Assembly: GCA_001179505.1 (NCBI GenBank)
Contig: CDMY01000475.1
Location: 5,487-69,486 of the forward strand
Direction: 5' to 3'
Length of the DNA: 64,000 bases
DNA from: Vitrella brassicaformis CCMP3155
Lineage: Eukaryota > Protista > Chromerida
In this document: positions 1 to 13,778 of the stretch, piece after piece
Layout: every line of letters starts with the position of its first letter
Numbering within the stretch: the first letter of the stretch is position 1
The notes under the pieces: generated by a model
Database searches by the model: none
What the model was told of the DNA's origin: nothing
Seen by the model: the letters and a program-made list of their open reading frames with translations, nothing else
Made by a program: the position numbers and the translations under genes

Positions 1-199
1 ACACTGGGTCTTTCCAAAGAGAAAAGACTCTGACTCCATCTGCTTGGTCATCAACTACTCTACGAGCAACTTGAGCACGCTATTTATCCGACACGCAACA
101 TGCGTCGAGACGCTGGGGCTCGCCATGAAAGCTCGCATGTGAAATCCATTGCAAAGTGGCAGCAGCAATGGACATCTAAGTACGTGATTAGTTTTGACG

Positions 200-450
200 A
201 CCACCACATCACCGCGCCCAAGTTCCACTGCACGGGGCGGCTGGGCAGGGGCAAGGACTGCATCGTGAACGAGATCACGGCGTTCAGCGCAGGGGAAGCT
301 GGCGCTCAAGACTGCCAACCGCCCAGCCAACAACGGCCTCATACTCGAGGAGCTTGGGATCCTGCAGACCCTCACGGGCCGGACTGGCTGTGCTCTGCTG
401 ACCGGCTCATGAATCCATGCCTCCCAGACATACTTTGCCCTCGATTGAAG
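200..450 (+). pseudogene. Possible degraded protein-kinase N-lobe fragment
   Basis: Frame 1 reads FHCTGRLGRGKDCIVNEI (Gly-loop-like). After a 1-nt shift in the GGGG at 292-295, frame 2 reads GKLALKTANRPANNGLILEELGILQTL (VAxK and helix-C-like), then stops. No introns. Confidence 0.3.
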
Positions 451-498
451 CAAGTGACTCATAGTTCGTTCACATAGGCCGTCTTCGCGCAGACATGT

Positions 499-3400
499 CT
501 ATCTATCGGCTAGGCCTTCCTCGCCGGCCCTTTGGGCGCGGCCAAGTACTTCTGTATCGGCGCCGGGCTGGTGGTCGCTGTCGGGCTGGTCGCCCACTCG
601 CCTCTTGAGTGTGGCGATGGACGACCGCAGCAGCTTCATCGGGAACATGTGGAACAGACACACCAACGAGTCACCTAAAACTCTGCATTTGATGGATGGC
701 ATGCAGAGAAAATTGGAGGTGTCTGTGTGTGTTCCTGTATGTGTGTGTGTGTCTGCATCTTTGTGTCCGATCCTCACCTGTACAGGTCTTCATCTCGGTA
801 GTCGAGGGCGTCAAAACCCTGGATGAGACGGTTGACGTCACGCGGCGGCAGCAGCAGCGTAGGACCACCACCCCTACCCTCATCCCTCACGGCATTGTCT
901 TCCTCCCCCTCCCCCCTCTGGCCCTCCCCGTCCGCTGCTCTGGCTGCGTCCAGCCCCTCTTTGAGCAGCGCCTTGGTCGCATCCGCAGCCACACGCAGGA
1001 ACCGTTCATGCCTCACACCCTGCTGCGCCATCGCCCACAGCAACACAGCCACGTTCTCCAGCCGAATCGTGTCAGATCGACCCTCGTCGTGTGTCCCGTT
1101 GCTGATGTAATAGTGTGCGAGGGTGCTGGTGTTGGGTGATGATGGGATCCGCAAAGCGATGGATGCGGGGGCGTCGGCTCGGTCCAGCCGTAAGAGCATC
1201 TCGTCAGCGATGGCTGTCAGCAGTGATGCGCCATGCTGCCATTGGTCGCCATTGGGTGGGCTCTTGTCCTTCCGCGCTGCCACGCCAAGCGCCAGGGCGA
1301 GATGGCCGAGCTGAACGTCGTGCAGAGTGCCCAATCCTGGACACAGACAGACAGACAGACAGACAGACATTGATGGATGGATGGACGGACGGATGTCCCC
1401 GGCGTGTTGGCTCTCGTGTCTATCACTCACTGCACTGACCGTGTTGCATGGCAGCCTGGCCGACGGCCTCGCAGACCTCCCTGTTGGCCCGGCCCATCTT
1501 GGCCACCGACCACACCATCAGACTCACGTCACGCCTGCATCCACATGAACAACACATACATGCGCCCGCGTCTCCCTCCGGCCGCTCTCGACTCTGCGGC
1601 TCCCTCCCTCACCATACCATGGCCATGTGTGTGCCTTCTGTATGAGCAGCCGCCTGGCCGCCAACATGAGGGGCAGCGGCACACCCACACCCGCACGGGG
1701 AAACGCCGACATCTGACCACATACATCCATACATACATAGAGAGAAAATGGATTTCTCCCCCTCTCAACGCTTCATCTCTCCTTCTCACTCACCAGGAGG
1801 CACAGCCCCCTTGATGTGAAGCTCTCCAGCCGTTTGGCGGCCTCTGCTGATGCGTCGGGGTGGTCATGGTCACTGGCCGCCGGCAGGCTGGGGACGAGCG
1901 CCTCAGCGAATGTGGTGAGCAGGAGGGGGTCGCGCCACGACCCACCACCGCCGGACCGCTGCGCGTGCTCGGCCATGCTCCACGCCAGCTGAGCCAGATC
2001 CTGATCGACGGATGACACCACACACATACGCAGATTAGTGTGTGTATGAGAGAGAATGTGTTTGTGTTTGTGTCTTGGCCATCTTGACCTTTTCGTCGAA
2101 TTCCATGAGGTGTTTGCGTGTCTGTCTGGCGAGCATGGAGAGGAGCGACGAGGGGCATGACCGAATGAGGAGGAGAGAGCTGAAGAGCAGCGCCACCGAG
2201 CCGGCCGGGAACATCTCGACGCTGATAGATAGATAATGAATGGTTGGACGGATGGAGACACAGAAAGAAGAAACAATGGAATTAATACGTCTGTGTGTCT
2301 TGATTGGGCGTGGCGTGTAGCTTGCTGACCTCTCCTCGTCAGCCAGCGATTGCTGCACGGCGCTGCACACCTCAAGGTCGGCGAGGCCCAGCCTCTCCAG
2401 GCCCCACACTGCGAGTGCCATCTCCCTCGGGGATGTGTCGTCGATCTGCCGGATGAATGCAGCCCTCAACATGGCCAGAACCGTCTCGTTGCGATAGTCT
2501 ACACAGACACATCCATCCACATGCACAGCCTCACATCAATGTATCTATCGAACTGGGCGCTCTCCGCCACCCCTTCGCTCACCGCTCGATGCGGCGACCC
2601 ATATGAGCGTCGACACATCGCTTGCCACCCCTGCCTCCTCCAGTCCCTTGGCCAGCTTCTCCCCCACCATCGCCCACACCCCTGCAGTCAGCGCCGCGAT
2701 CTCCCCGCCGGTATCATCATCATCTGGCCCCTGCGTGTGGGTGTGCAGGTGTGTGATGGCGGTCAGCATCTGGGTCAGGTGGAAGAGCGTGAGCGCGTCG
2801 GGCCGCTGCAGCACGGCGCCCAGTGCGAGGGTGAGGTCGTCAGGGGGCAGGCTGTTGAGCTTGCACAACGCCCACAGACTCAGAGTCAGGTCACTCGCCG
2901 GGCCCATGCTCATCCTGACACAGAAAGGGACCACATCTCTCTGTATGTCGGTCAGCTGTCCGTCCGTCCTGCGACGGACTGACTGACCTGCCGATGACGT
3001 GGTGCCGCGCACCGGCGAGGAACATGCGTATGGTGGGGTTGGCGGGGCTGACGGTGCTGCGTGTGAGGCTCCAGAGGGTGAGTGACAGCTCCTTGGTGCT
3101 CAGCTGGTGCAAACCGAGCTGAAGCAGACGCTGGATGCCCACCAGATACACCTCCTCGCGACCCAGACCGCGGCGCGCGTAGATGTACAGAATGCCGCTC
3201 ACTTCCTGCACAGCAACACACGACCCATACCCATTGAGGGATGGAGTGGCTTGCCGGGCCGGCATGGGTGGGGTGGATGGGTCTGTGTTTAGTAGTAGTA
3301 CCCTGCTGGTGCCTTCGTTGAGGAGGGATTCCAAAAAATCCGCGTCAACGAGCTCCCTGTCGGACGGCGCGGTGTGCATTGCAAAGGCCACGATGCGCGG

Positions 3401-4396
3401 CACCAACGGGTCATCCCCACGCAACCTGCGATATGCACACACTCCCGTCGACAATGGTGCTGTGCTGCTGCCCCCGTCCCCTCCCTCCTTGTGTCTCTCA
3501 CTGACCTCTTCCTGACGAGCCTGGCGATCTTCTCCTGCAGCCTGGCCGAGTGCACCCCAATCCTCGCCATGCCCCGCGCCATCCAGAAGGCGCTCATGGA
3601 GGAGCACCACCGGTCCTCCACCCCACAGTAGGCCACCACAACCCTCTCGATCACCCCCAGGGCCAGGGCACCCACTTGACCGTCCTCCAGCAGCATCGCC
3701 CGCCGTGACGCGGCGTCGTCGGCACGCGAAGTGCGGGGGTTCGAGGGGAAATCCAGGAAATGGAGAGAGAGTGCGTCGAGCAGACGGGCCAGCTGGGAGG
3801 GGCGGAGGGAGTCGACGAGGGAGGGGGAGGAGAGGAGGATCTCACACGACTCCAGTAGCAGCACCAACACAGCTGCACCCACCCATGGATTGGGACACAC
3901 ATGAAATGAACCCGCGAGGCATCATTCACACGACTGCATGCCATGCATTCACTGGCATGCATGCCTTTCGCACCCACCGTGTTGGTCTTTGATGTTAAGG
4001 TTATTCTTGACGCTTGGCGTGAGAGAGAAGGCCCGTAGAAGGTTGGCTATAGCGCCGATGAGGTTGGGGTCGTGCCGTGACGAGCAGCGGATGACGTCCT
4101 GCCACAGGCGGCCCTCGATCGTCTTGCTCAGCGCCCGCCACAGCCGAGATCCTCCGTACTGAAGGAGCAGAGCAGCCCACACGGACCAACACACGTCTGT
4201 CTGTCTCTCTGCCTGTGTCATGTGGATGGATAGACGCAAGACGTACGTTGAGGTCTCTGAGTCCGAGCGCCAGGTGCCCCAGGTGTGTCAGGTTCCCCGA
4301 CGCCAGCAGATTTACTTCCGACCCCAGCAGCCAATCCTCCAAATCCTGCGAAACCATCACATACAAACAAGGCAACACCCCATGTCCAGTGTGTTG

Positions 4397-4428
<32 letters not shown>

Positions 4429-5594
4429 CCCGCAACACCCTCTCACTCCCACCTGACCTGAAGGAGCTGTGGCGATTGGTTGCTCTCCCACAGTCTGCCC
4501 AGCGCCCACACGAGCCGCGACACAAGCGCCAGTGGGACGGCCGATGACTGGTTGGTGGCGGGTGCAGGGGATGACGTGGGTATGGTAGGGGACAGAATGG
4601 GGGGCTGCAGGAGGATGCCCTCGTCCTGGGCAGCCTTGAAGGCCTGCGCAAACGTCACCTGGACACAAACACGCCATGCCCACATAGAAGAGGTGGGTAC
4701 GCATCTTTTCTTGCCTAAGTGGCTGTGTCCCCTCACCGCCAGGCTGAATGCCTGTTTGTCGGTCCCCTGGGTGGACACAGCGTCCAGCGACTGCCACAGG
4801 GTGGTCAGGGATCTCTCCCTCTCCACGCGCACGTCACCCCTCTCAACCACCACCCGAGCACTGCCCACGGCACGTGCCTCAAAAACGGCACTTTGCTGCT
4901 TAATCCCACCATCCTTGTGCCCGTTGGCCCACCGCTGGGCTTCTGTCTGTGTGCCGTTCAACCCGCTGCTGTGGGTGGTGGTGGTGGTGGGAGGGGCGAT
5001 GTCTGCGATGCGCTGCTCCATCGACGAGGCGGTGAGCTCTTCGAAGGGCGTGGATGTTCGGGGACCGCGACGGCGCAGCGGAGTGCGGAACACCACCTGC
5101 ACTCACACCACACACAGAGAGCACGACAGACAATGTGCAGATGTAACTAACAGAGAGAGGGCCTTCCTTGTACTCCCTCACTCACTGACCTCCACGGTAG
5201 GTGTGTTGCCGCTGTCGCCATCCCTCGCCCCGATTGTCTCCCGCTCGGCCACCCTCGCGGCCGCCTCCGCCCCGCCTCCCGTCGCCCTCGGTGCGACACC
5301 TTTGCCCTTCCGCCGACCCATTGCGGGCGCATGGCCTCTTCGAGGCACATTGCGCGATGACAGAAAGGCGGCGAGGGCGGCATCGGCACTCAGCCGTCGT
5401 GGGTGCTTCCTCCTGCTTGGGTGGAATGCCGCTGAAGGATGCCTCCTACCGTCGGTCGCATCACTCGCAGGAGGCGACAGATGATGATGCCTGGAAGTAG
5501 CTGCTGCAGTCATGGTATGAAGCAGTGGTAAGAATGCCGTCAAGAGGAACAGGAAGAAGCCGATAGCTGCTGTGCAGGTCGTCAGAGGCCGCAT
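499..5594 (-). CDS. Helical-repeat (OPR/HPR/FASTK-like) putative organellar RNA-binding protein with signal peptide + basic transit-like leader; multi-exon
   Basis: ATG at 5594 gives MRPLTTCTAAIGFFLFLLTAFLPLLH (hydrophobic leader), then an Arg/Ser-rich segment. Repeated helices LSLTLWSLTR, LTLSLWALCKL, MALAVWGLERLG, LAQLAWSMAE, VAVLLWAMAQQG. The last exon joins DEDLYR to VLGDSLV... and ends at TAG 499-501. Confidence 0.75.
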
Positions 5595-5993
5595 GAGATC
5601 ACCGCACCGAACGGCCAGCCCGACGCCCTCATCGCCGCTGACCAGGGGACACCCAACCATCGCCGGCAGATGAGGAACAGACGGCCGCCATCGTGACTCG
5701 CTGACGACGCTCTCGCGGAATGCACTCTGCTATCGGCGCACGCACTGCTGCCCAGATCCGCCAAATTCGCAAGCTGTCTTCGCTTCAGCAGTCGAGGCTG
5801 CGTTGTGCAAAGGCGCTGATATACTGCCAAAGATAGACAGCGTCACTGGCACAAGATCGCCTCTGTGGCTGAGCTCGCAGCTGCCAAGGGGCGGGATCCG
5901 CTGTCTTGTTACCGGAGATCTGGCAGGTTGCGTGTCCATCCGCCATTGGTCCTCATTCATCCGAATGAGCGAAGCAGTGGCCGGCTCCAACAG

Positions 5994-8195
5994 ATGAGCA
6001 GCGGTGAATGGCAAGCCAAACCGGTGCTGCTGCTGCTGCTGCTGACACACATCGCCTTGATCATCTGCTGCGGAGTTGGGAGTCAGTCGAAGGACGTCAG
6101 CATGACAGTCAAACGGACCCATCAGATGACGGGTTTTGTTGCCCCTGTGGGAGGGGCGGAGAGGAGGCGGCGAGCGAAGCATGGCGGCCTCACGGTGCTG
6201 CGGAGCCAGGTAAGCAGAAAAACAAACAAGACAGACGAAAAGATGCACATAATCCAATCCTTTCCTATGTGTGTTTCCTTCCTTTCAGGCAACTGTGCGG
6301 CGTCTGAAGGACAGCCAGGCCACCGCTGCCCCCCACCACACACCCTCCCCGCCCTCCCCGCCCTCCCCCGCACCACCACGATACCATCACCCAGTCAACG
6401 ACACATCCACGACCAGCATCAGACAAGACCCCGTCCCACCGCCTATTCCCCCTCCCTCCCCCTCCGCCCCTCTCTCCAGCACCGAGCTTGAGGAGCTTTC
6501 GCAGAAGGTCGAGGCGGCCCTCAACGAGAAGTACACCATCATGATACCTGGGCCGGGTGCCGGTGGGCCGCCTGCGAGGCCGCTGGCGATGAACCTGGAT
6601 CTGTGGCACTGGCGGGCTGACGCGCTGATCAAGGAGCGGCGGAAGGACAAAGTTACCTTGGGGGTGAGGATACTGCGGCACTGCATCAGCCGGGACCCGC
6701 TGGATCCTCGCGCGTGGCTAATTCTCGCCAACTATGAGATCACTGCGGTCGGTGAGGCAGACCGACAGCAGCCACACATGGATGTATTGCGTTGCGTTGT
6801 GTTGCGTTGTGTTGTGTGCAGAAGAATATCACGGGTGCTCGTTGGCTGCTGGACGAGGGCGTCCGGAACTGCCGCAGGAGTGTCGACGTGCACGTGGCAG
6901 CCGGACGATTCGCACAGAGGGTATGGCACGATGCACGGAACGCTCTTGTCGCCCGTGCCGACCGATGCTGGCATCTGTGTGTGTGTGTGTGTGTAGTTTG
7001 ACAAGGATTACCGCAAGGCGGTGGATCTGTTCAAACGGGCCAGCGAGATCGACCCGAAAGCGTAAGTGACAATTAAAGACAGCGAGAGAGCGAGCAACAG
7101 CTGGACGGGTGTGCTGCATGGCATGTCGTGTGGTATACATACCAGCACCTTGCCGGTGTTGGAGTTGGCCAACCTCCAATTCAACCTCCGAAACTACGAC
7201 AGCGCAAGGTGTGTGATATCCCCACACATATGACCTGACCCATCTCCGCTCGCAGCCTCACCTCGCCTCAACCCACCTCTGCTCTCTTGTGTGTTGGTGG
7301 CGTGGCGTGGCGTGTCAGGCGTGTGTTGTTGGGTGCGTTGCAGCTCGATGCGCGTCACGGTCGTGCGTATGAGATGCTGGGGCGGCTGGAGAGGGAGAGG
7401 GGGCAGCCGGCAGAGGCCGTCCGGTGGTTCACAGAGGGCACACGAGTCGACTCGGACAACATCGCACTCTGGCAGGGCCTCGCTCTGGCCCACGAGGCAC
7501 TCGGGCACGTCGATGAGGCGAGGGACGTCATGCGCCAGGCCACAAGCATGCCCTCATTCAGCAATAACTCATGGCTTTACCAGGTGAGGTGGGCCAGGCA
7601 GGGCAGGCCAGCCGGGCGGGACACACCGAACGAGAGGGTGACCATGAAGATTAGTGCTGTTGTGGTCTTGTGGCTACTTAACTGCACTTACACAGACATG
7701 GGGGTCTCTTGAGAGCCGTCACGGCGACCCTGTTCGAGCAGAGCAGCTGTTCGACAGGGCGCTCAAGCTCGACCCCACACGAGGGGCTGCGTGGCATGTA
7801 GGCATTGCACCAAGGCAACATGGAGGACGCCTCGACAGCAACCAACCAACCCATGTGTCTGTCTGTGTCTGTGTCTGTGTCGATCGATAGTCGTGGGCCA
7901 AGTTGTGTGAGCAGCTGGGTGAGTACGGCCGTGCCCGTATGCTGTACTCCCATGGTGTAGAGGCCATCCCGGCCAACCAGCTGCTGTGGCTGTCGTGGGG
8001 GGAGCTGGAGGCCTCACTCGGGGACAACGACAAGGCACGATCCCTCTACTCGTCAGCCCTCTCACGCAACCCCCGTGGACCCAAGTCAGCCCAGCTCTGG
8101 TGCAGCCTCGGCAAGCTTGAGGGGGCCGTGGTACGCACGCCTCCCTGTCTGTCTTATGCGCCTCCCCCCTCTCCCGCGCTCACACATGAAGGCGT

Positions 8196-8230
<35 letters not shown>

Positions 8231-9229
8231 TGTTGACTGGATGGATGGATGGATGGCAGGGCAACGCGACGCGAGCGCGTGAGTGTTTCGCGACATCCCG
8301 TCAGGTGGCCTACCGTGCTGTGGACCAGGCGCTGTGCACCCTGGCGTGGGCGCAGTTCGAGGCGGCCATGCGCAACCCACCAAAGGCACGGCAGCTGTTC
8401 GAGGAGGCACTCACCGCGCAACGATCACTCAAAAGCATATGGGAAAGGTCATCCACCGAGAGAGAGAGGGAGAGAAGCATATGACCCACACACACATCTG
8501 TCTGTCTGTCTGACGGCATGCCCGGTCCCTCACCCTTCCCGTGTGTTCAGTTACGCGTTGTTTGAGGAGCTGTTGGGCAACGTGGGTCGTGCCATCGAGC
8601 TTCGTCAGCGGGCCACCTCAGCCCTCCGTCGCGACGCCGACTCGCCAGCCAACTCCCTCGCCCTGCAGTGGCTCAAGACGCGAGGAGACACCACAGTCGT
8701 CGACCCCCAGCAGGAGCCCATCGGGACTCTCCTCGACCAGGCCGGCGATTTTTTCAGGAAGCTCCTCACCCCGCCGTCCGCCAAACCGGGCGGGGCGAGC
8801 GGCACGACCGTCAACCTCATGGCTGGCGAAATGGGCCCACAGCAGCAGCAGCACCAGCAACAGCCGTTTTACCCCGCTGTCCCGCTCTCCCCGCCTCAGC
8901 AGGTGGTGCGGCAGCGGGCGAGGCAAAGGCGTGCGAGGCGGGCGAGCCGGGAGGTGCGCATGATGGCCGAGTACGTCCGCACACGGAGCCAGCAACAGAC
9001 ACCAACGGCACAAGAGAAGAACACCCAAAGCTGCAGCAACGAGGTGGTGGTGGTTGACTACAGAGGGGGGTTGGGGTCGGGGTCGGGGGTGGAGAGGAGA
9101 CCCCAGCGGCAGCAGACGGGTGGCCGTGTGAGTGCGAATGGTGCGGTGTTGGTGCGTGAGGGGGCGGGGGCGCCTTCGTCGAAGAAGACAGAGACACACA
9201 GGCAGGAGGAGGTGGCAGATGGGGCCTAG
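5994..9229 (+). CDS. HAT (half-a-TPR) repeat protein, HCF107/Mbb1-like, with signal/transit leader; multi-exon
   Basis: MSSGEWQAKPVLLLLLLTHIALIICCG leader followed by GFVAP. HAT-type repeats such as LWQGLALAHEALGHVDEARDVMRQA, LWLSWGELEASLGDNDKARSLYSSAL and TLAWAQFEAAMRNPPKARQLFEEAL. The GT-AG junctions checked are in frame; stop at 9227-9229. Confidence 0.85.
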
Positions 9230-9711
9230 GGGGTGACCCAACGATCTGTGCATACACAATGTGCAGAGACGAGGGAGGCACAGCAAGGGGTGTGGTGGTT
9301 GGCTGGTTTCTCGAGTGTGTTGGGATGGACAGGACAGCAGCATAGGAGGAAGGAAGGAACCACAGGAAGGGAAGGCCCTATGTGTATGTGTGTCATATAT
9401 GAACACGCACGTGTGCACCGCACATTGCGAGTGGGTCGTGGGGATCCTCGTTAAACGAAAACGTCCCTCCATCAGTCCTCATGCATCCATCCATCCATCC
9501 ATTTATGACGTGAGTCCAAACCGTGGCGTGTGTGGTGTGATGGTCCAAAAGCCCCTAAAACCCCTTACCCCGGCCCGCGCGGTGCCATGGTGTTTTCCCT
9601 AGCCCCTCTCACCCTCCCTCTCTCTCCCTCTCTCTCTTGCTCTCGCGAACAGAGTACTCCCTCCCCTGCCTGTGTCTAGGTTATCAATTATGTGTGTGTG
9701 TGGTAGTTAGT

Positions 9712-12700
9712 CTAGTCGATATCCATGGGCTCTTCCCAGCTGGCTGCCGTGCTGGCGGAGAAGGGCCTCTGGGCGGTGGCACCGATCTTGCCGATGTCGA
9801 ACTCGGCGAACAGCGGGTAATGGTCAGACGGATTCCTGATATATGGATGGGTGGATGGATGGACAGGCACCACACAGCCACACACACATAGAGCAGCACA
9901 TGGATGAGTGCGGCTGTGCATGACCCTGCCTGCCTGCCTGCCTGCCTGCCCCACTCACTCCTGATTGTGATGGTCTTTGCCGAAGTTGGCGTGGATGTAT
10001 GGGAGACCCTTCTTGGCGGCCTCGTCGTTGAGGATCTCGAACCGCGTCACGGCGTGGTACAGGTTCCGCGACACCAGCATGTGGTCCAGCTGAGATCTTC
10101 TCTGAACATACACACACACACACACACAGTCACATCCACGTGTGCGGGTGTTTAGTGTTGTGCCTTTGTCTGCTGTCTGTCTTTCCCTCCTTCATGGAAG
10201 CAGACATAAATACCTGGCGCCAAATGTATGTGTATCGCTCCTGCTGGGGGATCTTCGGAGTGAGAGACCACATCTGCTTGTTGGTGCCCTTACGCTTCCT
10301 GCACAGACACACACCCACACACACAAAGGCGGCCAGGCAGGCAGGTTAATGGAGGGATGGATGGAGACACGTACGTATTGCATTGAATGGCGCGTCTCTC
10401 TCTCTCTGTGTTGCGCTGCACGCATTAACACGGACGTACGCACCCGTTGGCCCCATAGCGAATGATCTGGAACACCCAGCTGGCGGCCCAGTCCTTCTGC
10501 AGGTCTTCCCTTTTTGTTGACAAAGGCAGACACAACACACCAGAGCCTCCCGACCTCATTCCTCCCTCCCTCCCTCCCTCCCTCCCTCGCTCCCTTACGA
10601 TATTTCGAGTTCGCCGGATCGCTCGTCGAGTTCAAAGTAGTCTTCCGGGTTGTATCCGACCTTTACGGTTGGGCTGGTGGCGTTGAAGCCGCTGGTGGGG
10701 ATCTGCAGCGGGTGGGCCGTGCCCTTGGGGTCGTGAATGTGGCGGGCATCGCGCGTCTCCTCCGCCTGGTCGTCGAAATCGTTGAAGTCACCCTGCATGA
10801 GCGAATAGAGGACAACACGGCATTCGTGTGTGTCCGTACGGATGTCTTTGTGTGTGTAGTGCGTGTGTGTGTGTGTGTGAGTGGTGGCCTCACCACCAGG
10901 ATGATCTCGTGATGGTCTGGTATCTCCTTCCTGTGGCCATGGCCGGGAGGAAGCCGTGAGACATCAACAGAATTAAAGCAGACCGGCACATCAATGGAGA
11001 TGTGTGCGGTGCGTTGTATGTGTGTGCAGGTCTGTGTGTGGACGTCCCGTCACACGCACTCGATGATTTCGTCGAGTATGCGGGCCTCCACCTCTCGATA
11101 CATGCAGGAGTTGGAGTCTGCAGAACACACACGAGAAAACCTCTCTCCCTCCCTCCCTCCCTCTGTGTGTGTGTGTGTGTTTGTGTGTGTGGTTACGCGA
11201 TGGGATGGACTTGAGGTGGATGTTGATGACCGAGATCATCTGGCCGTTGACGTTGATGTCCATCCGGGCGTATTTGTTGAGGGCGATCCCCTCGGGTATC
11301 TTGCTGTAGTCGTAGTCCTTCCCACGCTCCACGCCCTTGTACTTCTGACACATCGGGTTCTGTGTGACGGGGAATCCGCCCGGCTTTATCCCGTCAAGCC
11401 TGCAGACACACACACATCCACACAGACATGTGACGTGGATGTGCTGTGGTGGGATGAGCTGGGGGGCGTGTGTGTGTGGTGGTGGGGAGGGTGTGTTGTT
11501 ACTTGGTGACGAGGTCTTTGGTAGGTCTGATGCGCGATGCGAAGCCGACCTGCTGGTTGCTGCGGAAGTCGCCACCCTGCGTAGCGAGCGGCAAGAGAGA
11601 TTAGATGTGCGCTGTGGTACTTCGTGTACCTGGATATGGAACGGATCGAAGCCAATTTGGTCCAAACCAGAGTAGGCCAGCACATCCGACAGACTGCGAC
11701 ACCCATCCAGCTGCAGAAACACAGACAGACAGACAGACAGACAGATGGATAGAGAGAGAGAGAGTGCACCTCTCCGTTCCATCCGTTTCTCCCTCGCCAT
11801 GGACGGCTTACCTCCGAGAAAGTGACCAGGTCGAACCCGAGTTGGGTGTAGAAGTAGTTGAGCCATCGACTCACGTCGTTGATGCGCTTCCACTGGCGCA
11901 TGCAGCCGTCGTGCGCATCACCTTCTACGAACTCGAGGCTAGCGGCGCTCTTGCACGACGGCATGAATTTGGTCTCCGGGCGCTCCCCGTTGGCCACTCC
12001 GCCGAGAGCCTCGGACAAGGGTCGCGTGACGCACTCGGTGACGTCCGGCGACCAGTCCTCGGGGCACTGCATCACCCTCGCGAGTTGTTGCTCGGGCAAC
12101 GTCTGCCACTTAGCGCGGCGGGACAGCGGAGAAAACAGCCACTCGACATTCTGAAACGCACTCGCAAGGAAGCAGACAGGCACCAAATACCTACCAACCA
12201 GTCGGCTCAGATCCATCCATCCATCCATCCATGCAAACCGCCCCAATCCACCCACTCACCCAGTGGAAGAGCCGAAGGATGTTATCCGTCTTGCCGCCGG
12301 ACCTGCCGCGCTTCTTGTTGGCGAGTGGGCAGTCCTCTTTGGGCGGCCGCGGGGTCGCGCCCACGACGGGCTGATTTTCGTCATAGCTGTGCTCCGCGAT
12401 GTGCCGGACAGCGTCCATGCCCGTGTCGATGAGGCTGCTGGCACCGTCGTCCATGAGCACCTCGGCCGTCTGCAGCGGCCTCTCTAACAGATCTACCGGC
12501 AGACCTGCACACACCACATCAAGAAGGGAAGGATGCATCAGCCAAGCCCACCTCAGCCCACCATGGCTATCCATGCCATCGTGTCGGCCAACACAGATAC
12601 GGAGGGGCGGCCCACACCTGCATCCAGCCATCCATCCATGCGATACATCTCTATGTGTCCTTCATCTCCATCCATCTGCCATTTCATTTCCCTCACCCCA

Positions 12701-12793
12701 GTCGTTGGTTTCGCAGTCGGCACCGCGGCACTCCTCGGCAACGGTGGCCAGAAGAGAGGGCAGGGCCAGCAAAACCAACAAAAACGCTATCAT
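9712..12793 (-). CDS. Secreted endonuclease/exonuclease/phosphatase (EEP) family protein, copy A
   Basis: Signal peptide MIAFLLVLLALPSLLATVA. Spliced EEP motifs LRLFHW|NVEWLF, LVTFSEV, VINIHLKS, GDFND, LDHMLVS and PSDHYPLFAEF. Stop at 9712-9714. Confidence 0.9.
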
Positions 12794-13778
12794 TCTTGTT
12801 GATGATGATATCTCGATCTTCGTGTTTGGCTAGGTTGCTGTGAGGGTCGAGACTCTGGCCAGTATTTCGTCCACTTCTTGTTCAGCAGTGATCCGATGTG
12901 CACGCAGCGGCAGTACGTCGCAGGCCAGGCGCTTTTCCCCACTCGCCAACACGCAAAAACGTACATGTACGCAAGTGTATGGGGAGAAACATATATGGTG
13001 CATGGGTGTATGAATGCGCATGTACGGTATGGCCAATACATATGTCGGTTTGACAGGCTGTCAAGCCGCCATTGGGGTGGGCCACCCATTGCCTCACTCA
13101 AAGGTCGGCTGGACGGACCATACATAGTGTAAGGACCCACTACCCACCCTCATCTCGTGGCCAGCCGGGCCGGGATCACGGCCGTCTCCCAAGCGAAGCA
13201 ACACAGGAGGTTATCTGCAGTGATGCAGTGATTCACTGAATGAATGAATGAATGAATGAATGAATGAACGAATGACAATGACCCATCATTGATTGACTCA
13301 TTGCTTGACTGACAAGCACACACTCGTGTGACTCGACTGGCGCCGCGTCACTGCATAATGGCAAGGTGATCCGTTCGTTTCTTGCGGCCGGCCGATCAAA
13401 TCACATTGCAAACTGACTATCGTGACACTCACGTGAGATCACAAAACAGCAGCAGTGCCACCATACGAGCGCAATGAGAACGAATTGTATGTGTGTCATA
13501 TATGAACACACACGTTTGTACCGAACATTGCGAGTGTGTCGTGGGGATCCTTGTTAAACGAAAACGTCCCTCCATCAGTCCTCATGCGTCCATCCATCCA
13601 TCCATCCATCCATCCAATGGCACGGCATGTGTGGTGTGATGGTTTAAAAGCCCCTAGGGCCCCTTACCCCGGCCCGCGCGGTGCCATGGTGTCTTGCCTA
13701 GCCCCTCTCACTCTCTCTCTCTCTCTCACTCTCTCGCGAACAAAGTACTCCCTCCCCTGCCTGTGTCTAGGTTGTCAA

